Shown: positions 62,757-64,000 of the stretch, in pieces
Layout of the letters: each line of letters starts with the position of its first letter
Numbering within the stretch: the first letter of the stretch is position 1
NCBI GenBank assembly: GCA_963719315.1
Contig: CAVRBU010000001.1
Span: 256,001 to 320,000, forward strand
Source: an uncultured Planctomycetota bacterium
GTDB taxonomy: Bacteria > Planctomycetota > Planctomycetia > Pirellulales > Lacipirellulaceae
Length of the DNA: 64,000 nt
Direction of reading: 5' to 3'
Made by a program: the position numbers and the translations under genes
Notes under the pieces: model-generated
What the model saw: the letters and a program-made list of their open reading frames with translations, nothing else
Databases searched by the model: none
What the model was told of the DNA's origin: nothing

Positions 62757-64000
62757 TTAGGCTTCGGGGCCGGCGCCGGCGCTAGAACCCGTGCACGGAG
62801 TTGGAACCCATTCCGCGTTCGGCCGCGGTTTAGAAATACGTCGGCACTCTTCAGCGTGGGCGCGAGAGCTGCCATTTCTAACCATAGTTCGCCTTCACGA
62901 ATTCCCCCGACGATGCCAAGGGGTGGCGAATCAGGGAATTCACGCACGAGTGGGCCACCGATCACCGGCACGCCGACGATGGCCGCCGCCTCGCGCTGTC
63001 GCCAGGCAAAATATGCGTGGGGGTCGATGAAGACTCGCCAGTCGGCCTCAGCGGGCAACAGCGCGTTGCACTCGCTCAATTCCCCGCGATTCCATTCAAT
63101 CGGTTGCTTCTTATCGATCACCTTGAGGACGGCGTTCGTTTGTTCCTCGGTAGCAGCCGCGAGCAGCACAGAGTTTTCGTCCGTCGGCACGATCCACAGC
63201 CGCAGCTTTCCGCCGGGGCCGAAAAGTCTTTCCATGGCCTGGCGAATTTCAGGCACGATCGCGCCGCCTTCGAGGGCAGCCACATCCAGCGAATACTGAG
63301 TCGCGGGCCGGTCGCCAAGTTTCGCTTCTTCCACATCGAACACGAGCCGCGTTTCACCCTTGGCGCCGCGATTGGCGGAGTTCCACAGGCGCATGACCTC
63401 GTTCGCGTGTTCGACGAACGTCTGGGCCGAATCGACGCGCACCGCGACGAAGTTATTGCTGTAAACGGGCTGCGTCTCTTCGCCCGGCTGGCTCAGCACC
63501 GCGACCGAGCGAACGTCCGCCGCGGCCAACTCGACGCTGTCCAACAATCGTTTGAACGGGGTCTCATCAAGTTCCGTCCGTTCTTCGGCCTTAAGATCGG
63601 CCGCTACGCGCCGCGCGTAGGCCTTCGCATACGCGGAAAGGATCGGCGTCGGCAGTTGACCGACGCCATTCAGTACGAAGCCGCCGCCATCATAAAAGCT
63701 CAATGGCCACGGGGCCGACCGATTCGCCCGATTGTCGATTAGCTGCTTCGTCGCCTCGTCGTATAGCCCGATGCGAATGCTCGTCAGGGCGTTGCCATTG
63801 GCGTCCAAACGGAGTCCGCAACCAATCACGTGGGCCTGATGCATGGATTCCGCTAGTTCAGGCATCGCGGCCGACCATTTCTGAAATTCGGTTTTTGCGT
63901 TTTCAAGAATATCCGCGAATCTGATCGCCCCGCGGGGCGACACGAGGACACGGCGGTTTGCGTTTTGATTCGGCAAGGGGGGGGCGTTGTCATTGGCGTT
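62747..64000 (-). CDS. Hypothetical protein, 5' end outside the window; stop supplied by the IS5 end
   Basis: Long open frame with normal codon usage continuing to the window edge; no recognised motif. Confidence 0.75.
   Translation of the reverse strand, partial: NANDNAPPLPNQNANRRVLVSPRGAIRFADILENAKTEFQKWSAAMPELAESMHQAHVIGCGLRLDANGNALTSIRIGLYDEATKQLIDNRANRSAPWPLSFYDGGGFVLNGVGQLPTPILSAYAKAYARRVAADLKAEERTELDETPFKRLLDSVELAAADVRSVAVLSQPGEETQPVYSNNFVAVRVDSAQTFVEHANEVMRLWNSANRGAKGETRLVFDVEEAKLGDRPATQYSLDVAALEGGAIVPEIRQAMERLFGPGGKLRLWIVPTDENSVLLAAATEEQTNAVLKVIDKKQPIEWNRGELSECNALLPAEADWRVFIDPHAYFAWRQREAAAIVGVPVIGGPLVREFPDSPPLGIVGGIREGELWLEMAALAPTLKSADVFLNRGRTRNGFQLRARVLAPAPAPKPKNP

Overview
A 64-kb GC-rich bacterial segment whose gene content points to a planctomycete, probably Pirellulales: PSCyt/DUF1549/DUF1553 plus DUF1501, two PVC-type CxxCH proteins, an SHD1 protein, and PEP-CTERM proteins with D-x-N-x-D-G calcium-binding repeats. 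The core content is glycosyltransferases (GT2 x2, ArnT-like, waaF), three related MFS transporters, ndh, xylA, an HpcH aldolase, amidohydrolases, futalosine-pathway genes (mqnA, mqnC), natAB and three tandem DUF4139 genes. There is heavy transposon traffic. Five IS copies (IS1182, IS21, IS66, 2x IS5) each have readable inverted repeats and target duplications, and three different miniature inverted-repeat elements (four copies) are missed by the ORF track. An AT-richer accessory island (about 22.5-31.5 kb) holds a nonsense-inactivated HepT/MNT pair and small orphan genes, one of which, a Cys-rich zinc-ribbon protein, is only visible after removing IS21. The most unusual signal is a tandem DUF4139 pair with 745 bp of identical 3' sequence, mosaic 5' halves and one unrelated central loop, behind an ECF-type promoter. 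About ten single-base frameshifts in ordinary genes are most likely long-read errors. I found no CRISPR array, rRNA, tRNA, reverse transcriptase or integrase. All family assignments come from motif recognition by eye, not from database searches.
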